Source: the human T2T-CHM13v2.0 reference genome, Homo sapiens
Length of the DNA: 64,000 nucleotides
Assembly (NCBI RefSeq): GCF_009914755.1
Contig: NC_060929.1
Direction: 5' to 3' (one strand)
Within the stretch, counting starts at the first letter, position 1, and each line of letters starts with the position of its first letter. The position numbers and the translations under genes are program-made. Positions 30,077 to 43,525 of the stretch are shown piece by piece. The notes under the pieces are model-generated. The model was not told the DNA's origin. It searched no databases and saw only the letters and a list, made by a program, of their open reading frames with translations.

Positions 30077-30801
30077 GGTGGCTGCCCAGTGGGTTCACCT
30101 TGCCCACTGCCTAGACAGAGCCACTTTATGAAGACAGGGGAATCGTAATAGAGAAAGAGTTTAATTCATGCAGAGCTGGCTGTGCAGGATACTGGAGTTT
30201 TATTATTACTCAAATAAGTCTTCCAAAAAACTTGGGAATCAGAGTTTTAAGGATAATTTAGTGGGTAGAGTTTTGAAAAGTGGGGAGTGCTGATTGGTTG
30301 GGTTGGAGATGAAATCATAGGGAGTCGAAGCTGCTGAGTCGGTTCCTGGGTGGAGGCCACAAGACCAGATGAGCCAGTTTATTGAGCTGAGTGGTGCCAG
30401 CTGATCCACTGAGTACAAGGTCTCAAAAATATCTCAAGCACTGATCTTAGATTTTACAATAGTTATATTATTATCCTAGGAGCAATTTGGGGAAATTCAG
30501 AATCTTGCATCCTCCAGCTGCATGACTGCTAAACCATAATTTCTAATCCCGTGGCTAATTTGTTAGTCCTGCAAAGCCAGTCTAGTCCCCAGGCAGGAAG
30601 GGGATTTGTTTTGGGAAAGGGCTGTTATCATCTTTGTTTCACAGTTAAACTATAAACTAAGTTCTTCCCAAAGTTAGTTCAGCCTACACCCAGGAGGGAA
30701 CAAGGACAACTTGGAGGTTAGAAGCAAGATGGAGTCAGTTAGGCTGGCTCTCTTTCACTGTCATGATTTTCTCAGCTACAATTTTTGCAAAGGTGGTTTC
30801 A
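30077..30801 (-). mobile_element. LTR8-family ERV1 solo LTR, 4-bp TSD gcaa
   Basis: Minus-strand start TGAAACCACCTTTGCAAAA; 'gactccatcttgcttctaacc' motif; gcaa at 30073-30076 and 30802-30805. Confidence 0.85.
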
Positions 30802-32107
30802 GCAATAGTAGCCCAGTATAGCCCACCTACCATAGCAACCCTAAGAGGTTAGTATTAGCCAATTCATGTGTGTCACTAATTAGGAACCTGAGAGCAGGAG
30901 CAGTTAGGGGACCTACTCAAGGTTAATAGGCTGTAAGGATTTCTGAGTTTAAGCACAGAACGCTCTCCTATAACCCCCAGCTGCTTTTGGTGATGGCAGC
31001 ATTTTGTTTTTGTACATGCAATATGATATTTTCCTTTGTAAGAAGTGGAAAAGACCAGATCAAAGACTTATTTAACTAAAGTACAGTTATCTCATTAGCA
31101 AATTTAGTTTCTTTTCTGTAATATGATAGTTATGTAAAAATAAACCAACCACCCAGGGACAAGCCATCTGCTCCTTAATCAGGTATGTTCTTGTTTAAAT
31201 GAGAGTCATCAGTGCAGAGGTGACACAAGGGGGAAAAACAGACTTTGTTAAAGATGCTAAGCTATAACAGAAATAGAAAGATAAATTATTCTGGTTAAGT
31301 TGTATAAATGTTATACTTAGGTCTCAGTAAAATGCAAGGGGAAATAAGGGATTTTTTTTTTTTTTTTGTAAAAATTCAAAGACTACAAAAATCTTTGTAT
31401 TTTGAAAAAAGCTTTTTCTGGCAACCCAAATTTCCACATATGTCCTTTATCTGAATAAGGCCATTCCATTTTTTCCCCTAAATTTGTACATTTTCTTCTT
31501 ATTGCTTTTTCTACTGGCAGGCAAATGTATAAAATTACAATATTTCAAGCACTCAGAAATGGCAATCTCTCTCTCTCCTTCTCTTTCTCTGAAACACAAA
31601 TGTATACATACCACACACACCCATACATACACAGGTAATAAAAGGAGAGGCTGAGCTAATTACTGTTCTTCTGCATCCAAATGTTAAATTAATTTTGACC
31701 TCAGGCTCACAGGTACATGCAAAATGTAATCCTCAAATAGCACCAACACTGGACTGTATTTTTGTTTCCAAGTGCCTCAATTCTTCAGGAGTTTCTCAGA
31801 GATAGTCACTATGGTGGTGATGGTAATGTGGGGAGCAGGGTTGTGCTCATACCATAAAAGTATTTAAAGGTATATGAAAAAATATGCACTAGGACTAACA
31901 AGTCTTCCCAACTTTTTAGTCTTTCAAAATTTGCAATTCTGGAAGGGTAAATTTTTGTTCCACCTTCCACTTTGAGACAATACTGGCATTAAAAATAAAT
32001 AAAATTTGCTGCTCTACAATTAACTTAGCACATCCCTCCCTACTATTATAGCTTTCTACAACTTTGCTCCCTAACTTCCTTGCTTCCCTTCCTTCTCAGT
32101 TCCCTCC

Positions 32108-32463
32108 TGATATGGTTTGGCTGTGTCCCCTCCCAAATCTCATCTTGAATTCTCATGTGTTGTGGGAGGGACCCAGTGGGAAGTAAGTGAATCATGGGGG
32201 CAAGTCTTTTCTGTGCTCTTCTCATGATAGTGAATAAATCTCACAAGATCTGATGGTTTCAAAAGGAGGAGTTCCCCTGCACAAGTTCTCTCTCTTTGTC
32301 TGCTGCCACCCACGTGAAATGTGACTTGCTCCTCCTTGCCTTCTACCATGAATGTAAGGCTTCCCCAGCCACGTGGAACTGTAAGTCCAATAAAACCTCT
32401 TTCTTTTGCAAACTGCCAATCTCGAGTATGTCTTTATCATCAGTGTGAAAATGGATTAATATA
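32108..32463 (+). mobile_element. THE1A solo LTR, TSD [c/a]ctcc
   Basis: 'gtaagtccaataaaacctctttcttttgcaaactgcc' and 'atcttgaattctcatgtgttgtgggaggg' are THE1A-like. Confidence 0.9.
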
Positions 32464-32884
32464 ACTCCCTGCCTCTCTCTTTTTCTTTCTTCTCCTTCCC
32501 TCCCTCTCCTGCCTCTCTATGTTGTCTAATGAAAATTGTTCTTCTTGAGAAACCAATTACAGTCTGGGTGATCTCAGCCACAGGTGATATTATGTGAAAA
32601 ATTAGGAAAGAAATATTTAGCTATTTTATCCGTGAAAGAATGAAAACATCAGAGCAGCACATGAAATTTGGATGAAATTTTAATTTGATATTTCCTAGTT
32701 TGTCATTTCATGCTTCTAACCACATTGTATTTGGCTACAACTTTCTCCAGATAATGGTTTGTCAGATAACACTTTGTATTCATTGATGTTCAGAGATATA
32801 TTTGGGAGAAAGTGTAAGAAAAAGATTAGTTTAAGAAGGAATCAAAACACAATATAGCACACCTGTGAAATAAAACAAGGCACT

Positions 32885-33211
<327 letters not shown>

Positions 33212-33319
33212 CTAAAAGAAATTAGGAATAGACGTTCTCTAATTGGAATTCCATGTTCATAGTACAACATACATAACAAATCAAAGAGAATAATCTGATT
33301 TTATATTTTCCCAAGCTAG

Positions 33320-34049
33320 TGGCAGCAGGATGTATCTGAGTCATGCAGCACCAACATATGTTACCAGCAGCAAATCCATACAGGTCTGCAGCAAGCTCAA
33401 TTCTTGCCTCCTTAGAAGAAAGAACTCAACTGAGGGGCACAAAGCAGAAAGAGAGACTCAGGCAAGTTTCAGAGCAGAAGTGAATGTTTATTAAAAAGCT
33501 TCAGATCAGGCATGAAAGAAAGTAAAGTACACTTAAAATAGGGCCAAGTGGGTGACTTGAGAGTTCAAGTGTGTAGTTTGACCTTTGACTTGGGGTTTTA
33601 GACATTGGCATGCTTCCAGGGTGTTGTGTTCCTTCTCCTCTTTTTCTCCCCAAGGGTGGACTGTCTGCATGCACAGTGGCCTGCCAGCACTTGGGAGGGG
33701 AGTATGTGCAGCGTGTTTATGGAAATTTTACACATACTCAAGATATTCTCCCTTTACCAGTTGAATGTCCCTAGGAGATCATATACCAGCTAAACTCTAT
33801 CATTTTGCCTCTTAATATGCATGCTTGAGCCCACTTGCCCAACTCCTGAGACCTTATCGGGAAGCTGCTGATCACTAGTTTCAGGTGTTGCTGTTTATTG
33901 ACAGACTGTCTTTCTCTGGCACTGGCTGCAACCAATTATTATTTGAGACAGTCAAATAACTGCCTATCACCTGATAGTTGCCTGACATTCCTGGTGGGTG
34001 AGGGCCCTCTCCTGCCCTACTCATGTCTGCCTGACTACCTGCTGTAACA
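33320..34049 (-). mobile_element. MER50 ERV1 solo LTR, 4-bp TSD ctag
   Basis: Minus-strand start TGTTACAGCAGGTAGTCAGGCAGACATGAGTAGGGCAGGAGAGGGCCC; ctag at 33316-33319 and 34050-34053. Confidence 0.85.
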
Positions 34050-35364
34050 CTAGCATTGGCCATCAACATATGTGTAAGTATCCTTACATTTCTCAGGAAA
34101 CATGTCTGCCGAAAGGTAGATTCTAGGGCCTCTGAGATGGGAAGAGTGGAGTTATTTTGACTAAGTGCAAAGCAATAGACACTTTTTTTTTTCATCTAAC
34201 TGGGCAGAAAGATAGCAATAGAGAATATTGTGGGGACTTAATTTTCCCCCATGGACTGTTATAGTTATTAGATAACATTAAAGTTAAAGTAAAAACAAGT
34301 GAGTGACTGAAGACAGGATGCTAATAATAAAAATAATAATAATAAAAACTTGATAGTATTTAATAGCAAGAATGGGATGCTAAGTGCTCCCAAAGCAATA
34401 TCAAATAATTCATAACTATATAATTTTAATGAGGCAGGCTAGAGCTCAAAATGGGCGATCTGGCATTTTTTAAAATAATGGATGGACCATGTAGATAGTA
34501 TAATATGATTTAACTTTATAAATGTACAGTCCTCAAGGATTTTTCACAAGAAACTTTATTTCTTATAAGACTATTCTTGTCATAGAAATGAAAATATTAT
34601 ATTTAAAACTCATCCTGAAGTTTGAAAATGGGGGTTCACTCATTAATTGGGTGAATAATTATATTCTTGATAAGGCATGCCTTCTTTTTAACCTCCTCAT
34701 TTCTTCGTATGTACAATATCTGTGAAATCTAACTTTATATATTTTATGTCTGTTTTTGTCTCTTGGGGATATACTGCTTTTATTATGGTAAATTATAAAT
34801 ATGAATAGAAATATCTCCACAGTGGATAATTTACAACAATGAAATCTATTGGCCTTATTTCTACCATTAAGGAAGACTTTGTGTACACTGTTGATAACAC
34901 CAAATTTAAAAATAATAGGCAAAGGTAACCACATATCACGTATCATCCTCTTAGAATGCCTATTATTTATCCTTTGTATAAAAGCAAATGGCCCGAGAGC
35001 TCTCAAGGCACAGCAGGACAAGGATAGGACATGGAAGAAGGACATTCTTAATCCATATCACCTATTCCTGGCTCACTCTGCATATGTGGGAATTAAGTTA
35101 CCTGATATAAGAGAAGGTTTATTCATTCCTAGGCTCTAGCAGGAATAGTTTTGGTACTTGTGCTTATCTAACAACACAATTTACCAGTGGATTTATTTTA
35201 AGTTATATCTTTACTTCAAGTAGCTGAATTCAACCTTTTCCCTAAATGTCAATAGACACAATCCATTGATGTAAATCCACCCACATTCACCTCCAAGATG
35301 AAGTTTACAGGATTACGTCCAAGTCTCTATTTGCCCAAGCAAGCAGAAGGTAAATGTAAGCATC

Positions 35365-35640
35365 GTTTTATTCATCTATTCAATAAACAATTGTTAAATA
35401 AATGCTATGTATCTTCTTTAGATCTTTAGAATACAATCTCTGTTTTCAGAGGGGAGCACAGTCTAGTGAAAAAGGCAGATAGATAAGAAGATGACTTACA
35501 TTATTAAGTGCTATGTACCACAAGAAACCCGTAAGTAACGTGCTATAGAAGCATGACTCAAGCTAAAGAATTTGGGAAAGACTATAGGTGCTTCAGCGAA
35601 GATGGTTGTCATGAGTTAGATTGAAAGGACTCTTTAAGAG
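35365..35640 (-). mobile_element. L2 3' fragment
   Basis: 'ttattcatctattcaataaacaattgttaaataaatgctatgt...gagcacagtctagtg'. Confidence 0.6.
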
Positions 35641-35853
35641 CCCAGATTCATGAGCTTGACATAAGTGCCTCATTATGACTATGTTAATTATGCCAATCAT
35701 TTGAAAACCACAAATATAAATAATCAAGTTCTTATATATTTATCATTTTTGAACATATTAATCATGTGTTTCTACTATTTTAGGCATATGAGTCCTAATT
35801 ATTTTTTATTTTATAAATTTATAAGCAAAAAAAAGCCATTTTTCTAGTTATAT

Positions 35854-36237
35854 TGCTATGATCTGAGTGTTCCCCAAAATTTATATGTTGAAACATAATC
35901 CCCATTGTGGTGGTATTAAGGGGTGGGGCCCTATGGGAAGTAATTAGGCCATGAGGGCTCTGCTCTGCTGGATGAAGTCATACTTATGAAAGGGCTGAAG
36001 GGAACTAACCTAGGCTCTTTTTGCCCTTCCTCCTTACATCATGTGAGGACACAGCCACAGTGTTTGTCCCTTCTGCTGTGTGAGGATGCAGCAAAAGGTC
36101 CCTCAACAGACACCAAATGCCAGTGCCTTGATCTTGGACTTCCCAACCTCCAGAACTGAAGAAAAAAAAATTTCTATTGATTTATAAATTATCCAGTCTG
36201 TGGCATTTTGTCATAGCAGCACAAATGGACTGAGACA
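35854..36237 (+). mobile_element. MaLR solo LTR (MSTC/MSTD-like), TSD [t/c]atat
   Basis: tgctatg...'ccttgatcttggacttcccaacctccagaactg'...'gcacaaatggactgagaca'. Confidence 0.88.
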
Positions 36238-36486
36238 CATATTTACCTTCTAAGCATTCCAGGGTGATTAATTTAAGATATGACTAGCATTTGGTAGATG
36301 CTAATTAACAAACTGATTTTGAAATTGGGATGAGAGATAGAGAAGAAGAATAACTTGGCACTGGCATTTCCTATGTTGTGATTTGGATAGAATCATGTAA
36401 CCCATCATGTTCTTACCTGTAAAATGTGTAGTTGGAGAAGATGATTGTTACGACCACAATCATGCCTTAAGTTTTATGACTACTAA

Positions 36487-37893
36487 TGATGGTGGTGGTG
36501 GCCTATCTAGAGCAGCTGCTGTGGGGATGCTAGCTGCAGCAGGGGAGGTGTGGCCAGGGCTGCATGCTCCATGGAGCCAAAGGGAGTTAGGAGCAGGCAG
36601 GAGAACCACCCCTTACTGAACTAGCAGGTAGGAGCCCTATGCTCCTGGGTGCAGCTGCAGCCACCCAGCCACAGCTCTGGACCTTGCCATCCATGAGCTC
36701 TCTGGGCCCAGAAATCCCCTGTCTCATTAGGCTCAGAAGTGCTTGCTTCCACTTCCTGGCTTCTCTCTGCTCTTGGTGCCCACTCTGATTTTGGAGCAAA
36801 GTTGTGGCTGAATCAGAACTGTTGTAACCTGGCCAGGTGTGTGTGCACTCAGGGCAATGCTGACACACCAGCCCCCTGCTACCTTGGCCCCCTCTAGACT
36901 TTGGACACTGACAAGTGTGGGAGGGAGGCCAGGGTTGCTGAGGGCAGCTTGGCATGGTCCTGCAGGAGCCCCTTGGTGCAAACAGCCTGGGCACCATGGA
37001 TGGTATGTTGTTGGTGGCAGGAGGCAGACAGGTTCCTAGGCAGGAAGGAGCAGGTCCCCAGTGAAGCCCACCTTCAAGACAGGGATGGCCTGAAGCCTCG
37101 GGATCAGGCTGCCAGTTCTGGGTGGAGTCTGTGACTCAGAGTGAGAACTTATGGTGCTTTTTCCAGGCCCACCCATGGCTGCCCATGGAGCACTCAGCAT
37201 GCACTTCCTCCCTTCTGAGTGCATAAAAACCCCAGATTCAGCCAGACTCAGACACTTGTTGGATGACCTGCCTGCAGATAGGAGCTACCCACTTCAGGTC
37301 TTTTCTACAGTCATCAGGATGACTTGCCTGCAGAAAGGAGCTACCCAACTTCAGGTCTCCTCTGCACTGAGAGCTGGGCACTTGTTGGGACAACCTGCCT
37401 GCGGAAAGAAGCTACCCACTTCAGGTCTCCTGAGAGCTGTTTTGTCATTCAGTGAATCTCCTCTCTGCCTTCCTTACCCTCCAGCTTGCCATCTACCTCA
37501 TTGTTCCTGGTCATGGAACAAGAACTCGGATCCTGCTAAATGGTGGGACTGAAAGAGCTATAAAACAAATAAGGTTGAAACCACTTACCATGTTACAGGT
37601 GACTAGAAGGAGAGAAGAGTCATGGGTCTTTTGGGAGTCCAGACCTTGGGGCTCCCTGAGACAGGGCTGTGACACTGTAACATCATCTTTGGGACTCTGC
37701 GGTTCCTGGCATCTTCGAGCTTTTGGGAACCATCATGTTCCCCTTCTCCAGCTGCTTGTGCCCACAGTGGAAGCTGCTTGTGGTACATCCGGTCCAGCTG
37801 CAGCCTCAAACCCTGTGCTCACTTGCTCACATACCCCTTGCTACTCCACATCTGGCTTACCCTTAGCAGGTGTGGAATCTGGGCCAGTAGCAT
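36487..37893 (+). mobile_element. MER52A-like ERV1 LTR (GC-rich, apparently 3' truncated)
   Basis: Starts 'tgatggtggtggtggcctatctagagcagctgctg'; three internal 'cctgcctgc..a.gagctaccc.acttcaggtc' repeats at ~37267-37430. Confidence 0.82.
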
Positions 37894-37969
37894 GACCCAC
37901 GCTTCCAGAATACCGAAAGTGTTCTGGAACTACTTTACCCTAGATGCTAGGTTTTTTACTTTCACCTCA

Positions 37970-38930
37970 ATGTAAGGATCCCCAAAATTCACTCCTCTAA
38001 AGAACAAATGATGAATGGCAAAAATTGTACAAAATCAACTCTCTTAGTACTTTGGAAATTGAATGAAGGTTTGCAACAATCCAAGGAGCATTTATTCAAG
38101 AAGAACAGCTGAATCTTGGTAAAAACAGAAAACTGTGTGGTGTTTTAATTTTCCCTTTCCCCATTCCCATCGCTGAAGATTAGCAGTATCTTTGAAAACC
38201 AACAGCTTTGCAACCACAGTAGCTGTGGAAACCAGTAACCTGGCAACCACTGGAGGGGCAGGATAGATTTCATACAGATTTAAAAGTGTTTTAAATGCTT
38301 TTTAAAAGTGGGCAAGGCATGTTTAGAACTAAAAGTCCCATCCCCAGAGACTTATCTTTATTTAACTTCTATGCGAATTCCCTGGAAAACTCCATTGTTC
38401 TGAATTAGAGCTTGCTCTGTCCAAACAGCCTTATTCTTTCTTCAATCTTATTCCTTGGATGTTTGTCAAAAAACAATCAGCAGCAATTCGTTAATATTTC
38501 AGTTGCCTGTAGCTGTGGTAATAGTTAGGACTAACAAGAGGTGACCAAAAACCATTTTAAAAAATGGCAAATGAGTTGTTCATATAGGGCTTTGCAAAGC
38601 TCTGACATACACCTGGGAGTCTAGAGAGACAGGTATGTAGGCACAGTTGTGCCCCAGAAAGACATGGGAAGACACTAATGTCACCTTTGGATGACCTTGA
38701 AACTCTTACAAGCAGGACATGAAGGCTAAGTCAAAATTATAAACTTCCTGATGGAGCAATGAAGATTTATCTCAATATACACATATAACTCCTTCAGCAA
38801 TGACTGAAACATTTAACAATACAAGGTATTTAATGATCAAGCAAGGATTTCTAATCAACCATGTTTTGGCCACAACTAGATACATCATAGTCAGGTAGTT
38901 GAAATCTAAACACAAAGTTAATAACTTGAA
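37970..38930 (+). mobile_element. Old L1 5' region (L1MC/MD-like 5' UTR)
   Basis: 'ttgcaacaatccaaggagcatttattcaagaagaacagctgaatcttggtaaaaacag...tgtggtgttttaatt'. Confidence 0.65.
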
Positions 38931-40393
38931 ATAGTAAGAGGAGGGGAACTTGCAATAAAACACTAAATAGGACCTTTTAGCTGGATCCAGTTGCATTCAT
39001 ACTAATAGTCAATATGCATAGGAGAAACAGGCTGAGGTTCCACTTTATAAAAGCTATGACTTGTGAAAAAGGCAATATTCCTCAAAACATTTTGTATTAA
39101 ATTGTTCCTCTGTAAAACTATGTAAAGCACTCTTAAATCAATGAATCACGGCAAACTTATAGTCAGTGTGTATTTGAGAAGTTTAGCAGGTACTTAGAGA
39201 TCATAAATACCCATAAACTGCCATCAAGGGGCCTTGCTCCAAAGCTGACACTCCACAGGAAAAAGTTGATTAATCAAACTCATTTTTCTTCAAATAAGGT
39301 CATTAATCAAAATTGTTTTTTTTCCAACTGTAACAAATGAGATTTGAGGAGAAGAGATGCTGCAGAATGTAGTCCTGATGGAGAAAATACTTGGTGTCCT
39401 TTTCCATTTCTGCCAATTGACGTAAATTTAACAAATAAACTCAATGAGAGAAAGCGAGAAAAGTCTCCTCTAGCCTGTCTAGGAAGAAGGTCTAAGGATC
39501 AAATATTCACATGCCCTCAGAAGTGGTTAAAATTATTCTATTTAATCCCCTCAAAACATTGATTCCACTGAGGGAAGACACGACACATACAGCCTATTAG
39601 TTAAGACACTCTGAATTCTTGGTTATATTTGAAATCATAAAGATAAGTGTGTCATTATATCTGGTAGATGTAATGTGATAACCAAAAATGTATATATCAT
39701 AAAAACAATAACACATTAGTAAAATTAGTGAAGTTTAATAAAGCTTAATAAATAAGTGAAGTTTCTATTTCTCTGTTCTTCACTTTTCTGAATACTCCAT
39801 ACTTGTCTATTCTTTCAGAATTGGTGAAAAATATCAGCGTTGTATATCTAAATCACCGAGAACAGAATTGGAACGTGGAACTTTGCTTTTTACAATATTT
39901 CATGCTCTTTAAATTCAAAAATTTTTGAAATGTATTGGCAATGAGCTAATAGGATGAATTTTTTTTTTTAATTTTGAGAAGAGGAGACAAAAATTTGTGG
40001 ACTTTTAAGGACTTTTGAGTCACACATTATATAATCAAAGCAGCTATATTTTGAAAGCGTTTTTTGGAGTAGTATAATTGTGTATCTCATAGATCAACAT
40101 TTCTGTTTATATATTGTTGATTTTAGAAAAATTAGAACCCTAACACTAATCTACTGAAGGATCTCCAGCCAGAGTTAACACTGAGAAATATATACCTATT
40201 ATGAGGAAATAAGCAACTTCTAATAAAATTCAGACAGAATCTATTGTGTTTATAAGAAGTTAAATCAATGAAAATAAAAATAGAAGATTGGCCTTTTGCA
40301 TGAGAGGAAAACAAAAAAAAATCTTTAAATTTATTTATTATGTTTTTTGTGTGTGTCTGCTATCTACCAGCTTTCATGCTAGTTGTAATGTCC

Positions 40394-40825
40394 TGTTATG
40401 GTTTGGATCTGTGTCTCCACCCAAATCTCATACAAATGTTGAATCGTAATCCCCAGTATTAGAGATCGGGCCTGGTGGGAGATGATTGGATTGTGGAGGC
40501 AGTTTCTTATAAATGGGTTAGCACCATCCCCTCGGTGCTGTTCTCATAATAGCGAGTGAGTGCTCATGAGATTTGGTTGTTTAAAAGTGTATAGCACCTC
40601 CCGTCTCTCTCTCTTACTCCCGCTCCTGCCATGTAAGACATGCCTTCTCCCACTTTGCTTTCAGCCATGATTGTATGTTTCCTGAGGCCTCCCCAGTAGC
40701 CGAGCAGATGCCAGCATTATGCTTCCTGTATAGCCTGTGAAACCATGAGCCAATTAACCTTTTTTTTTTATGAATTACTCAGTCTCTGGTACTTCTTAAT
40801 TGCAATGTGAGAATAGATTAATATA
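40394..40825 (+). mobile_element. MSTA solo LTR, TSD tgtc[c/t]
   Basis: 'tgttatggtttggatctgtgtc'...'gccgagcagatgccagcattatgcttcctgta'...'gaatagattaatata'. Confidence 0.9.
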
Positions 40826-41574
40826 TGTCTATATCATTTTAAAACTATAAAGTTGTATCTAATATGAATTGTAGATGCAATTTTTTAAAGGAGATTTAAA
40901 GGAGATTCAATGAAGTTAATATCCTAGGTCACATAGCTGGCAAACAATTAAATTTAAGTCTGTCTGATTCTCTCTGTTTTCTCCAGTTTTTAAATAATGC
41001 AATTATAATCATAGTAACAATCCAAATAGGGAAGTACATGCCAACTTTTCTGCATGCATTATTTCATTAATCTTTATAATAGCCATATGAGGTACAGGAA
41101 TTTTGAAAAGTTAGACATAAGTTGTTCTATCTGACTCCAGTGCCTGAACTCTTACCATATCATCCAGTTTTCCTAAAAACCCTTAGCTGTATTGGAGTCT
41201 GGCATTCTACTTTATACAAATACTCTTTCCAATATAGTTATATTAAATAGTTATATTAGAAATCTGTGTAATCAACATGTGCAGAGCAGCTGCTATGTGC
41301 ATAGCATTGCAATGGTGCTCAATCCACTTTTTTGTTTTTCTTTCTGTCATAGAGACATGTAATTAGATTGTGTATTTTTGTTTTTATTTATTTTTTTGCC
41401 TAATGAATTGGAGTCATACAGAGTGTGAGTAGAAAGAATAGGAAGAATCCCACAATCAAGAAATTTATAGGCTCATAAAAAGTTGGACAAGTACATATTA
41501 TTCCTTACTTTAGAAATTACTCTCTTCCAGGAAATTATAATCTTTTTATCGGTTAGAAGATCACAATTACAATC

Positions 41575-42450
41575 TCCATAACACTTATTGAGTAGCTATG
41601 TGTCTGAACCATGTGGATCAGCATTCTCAGCGTTTGATGAACTTCAGTAAAGTGCAATCATATGTGAGTATAGTGGTCATTTGATAAATTGATGATAGAA
41701 TTAGAAGAATTATAGGCAAATATATTGTTATTTAGAGGAGTTACTGCTTAAATCTGGGTCAGCCTTCAAAGAAGATGCTCTCTGAGCCTGGTTTTAAAAT
41801 AACAGAAAACTTTTCCAAGGGGACAAAGTTGAAGAGGATTTTCAGATGTGGCCTAATATCTATAGTCACAGCTGGTATTGGAAAGTACAGTTCATATTCT
41901 GGAAACAGAAAGACATTAGGGTTGTTTGGCATTTAGAAAAAGAGATTTGGAAAGAGAGAATGGGGGTCTTCAATGTTATGAAATTTGGAATATGTTCCAG
42001 AGACAAATAATATCGGTCATATTTTAGCAACAGTGTAGTGACTTTATAAAACATTTGTTTTAAATATTAATATAAAGGTGGGAGAGACTGGAGGCAGAGA
42101 GATTATGTGACAGAACGCCATAAGGAACCTGTTAAGAGAAAATAAAGACTAAACCATCTTATTGCCTTGAAATAAAGGACATAGAGGATGGCTGTAGAAG
42201 GCCTGTGTTTGGGATAAATGCAGAAATTCTTTTTTAAATATAATTAGCAGAGAGGATAATCTATTGGCAACATTCAGTGGAGAGTTCAAGAACAGAAAAG
42301 TAAAAGTGGGGCTCATATTTGTTCATAAGCGCATATGTTCTAAAGAATTGAAGCTAATGAACACATAACCAAAAGCAGGGAGAGTTTGTAGAATAGCTAA
42401 GAAAAGAAGAGAGTCAAGAAACAAAGAAATCTTAAGGAGTAACTTAAGGA
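41575..42450 (-). mobile_element. Degenerate L2 fragments
   Basis: 'aacacttattgagtagctatgtgtc' and 'gggagagactggaggcagagaga'. Confidence 0.5.
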
Positions 42451-42850
42451 GACACAGTTCGACAACATTTGGAGATGGTAGATTAGTTCTCTTATAAGAG
42501 TTCTTGAAGTATGGTATAATTGTCTTTATTTCTCATTAATTATTAATAGATTTATCTTTAATGGACTTTAATTTGATTTTACTCTATCTTAAAATATTCT
42601 TTCATTAAATCACCTCCTTCCTCTCATCCTCTGTTCTGAGAGATTATATTTGTGTCTTTATTAACACTAGATTACTGATCTTGCACTCCACACCACTGCT
42701 TATTTTCTTATCTTTTTAAATTCATCTCTAAGCCAGAATAAAGTTCACACATGGACAATTACATCTTTTATACAAAACAGAAGGAAAATTTTCCCTAACT
42801 TAGTCAACTTCAATTTAGTTGCTTACCAGTATGAATACCTGTTACAGTAG

Positions 42851-43199
<349 letters not shown>

Positions 43200-43349
43200 C
43201 TAATTTCTTAGATTTTTAAGTTACTGCTTCTTTTATTGATAGTATGCTTTTCTTCTTTTCTTGGGTGGACTCCTTCAAGTTTCAGTTTAGGTGAGATTTC
43301 TTCTATTAGAATATTTCTTACATCAAATTGACTTGTCTCTTAATTCTGT

Positions 43350-43525
43350 CTACACTGCACAGTTTATACTTCTCTTGTATTGATTGCTTAAAATGCATTT
43401 CTTATCTCCATAATATATTTTAATCTTCTTGTGTATAGGAATCATTTTTATTTTTCCATGAATAATCCACTGCACAGTCTTAAGCACATAGTAGACACTC
43501 ATTTAATATTTGCTCAAATCAACTG
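43350..43525 (+). mobile_element. L2 3' end
   Basis: 'gcacagtcttaagcacatagtagacactcatttaatatttgctcaaatcaa'. Confidence 0.6.

Noticed and set aside
34659-35139. Overlapping 128-aa (-) and 96-aa (+) ORFs
   Set aside because: No recognisable domain or splice context; composition reflects AT-rich chance ORFs.
36407-37975. GC-rich stretch with many overlapping ORFs up to 147 aa
   Set aside because: Explained by the MER52A LTR; CpG-depleted, so not a CpG island or coding exon.
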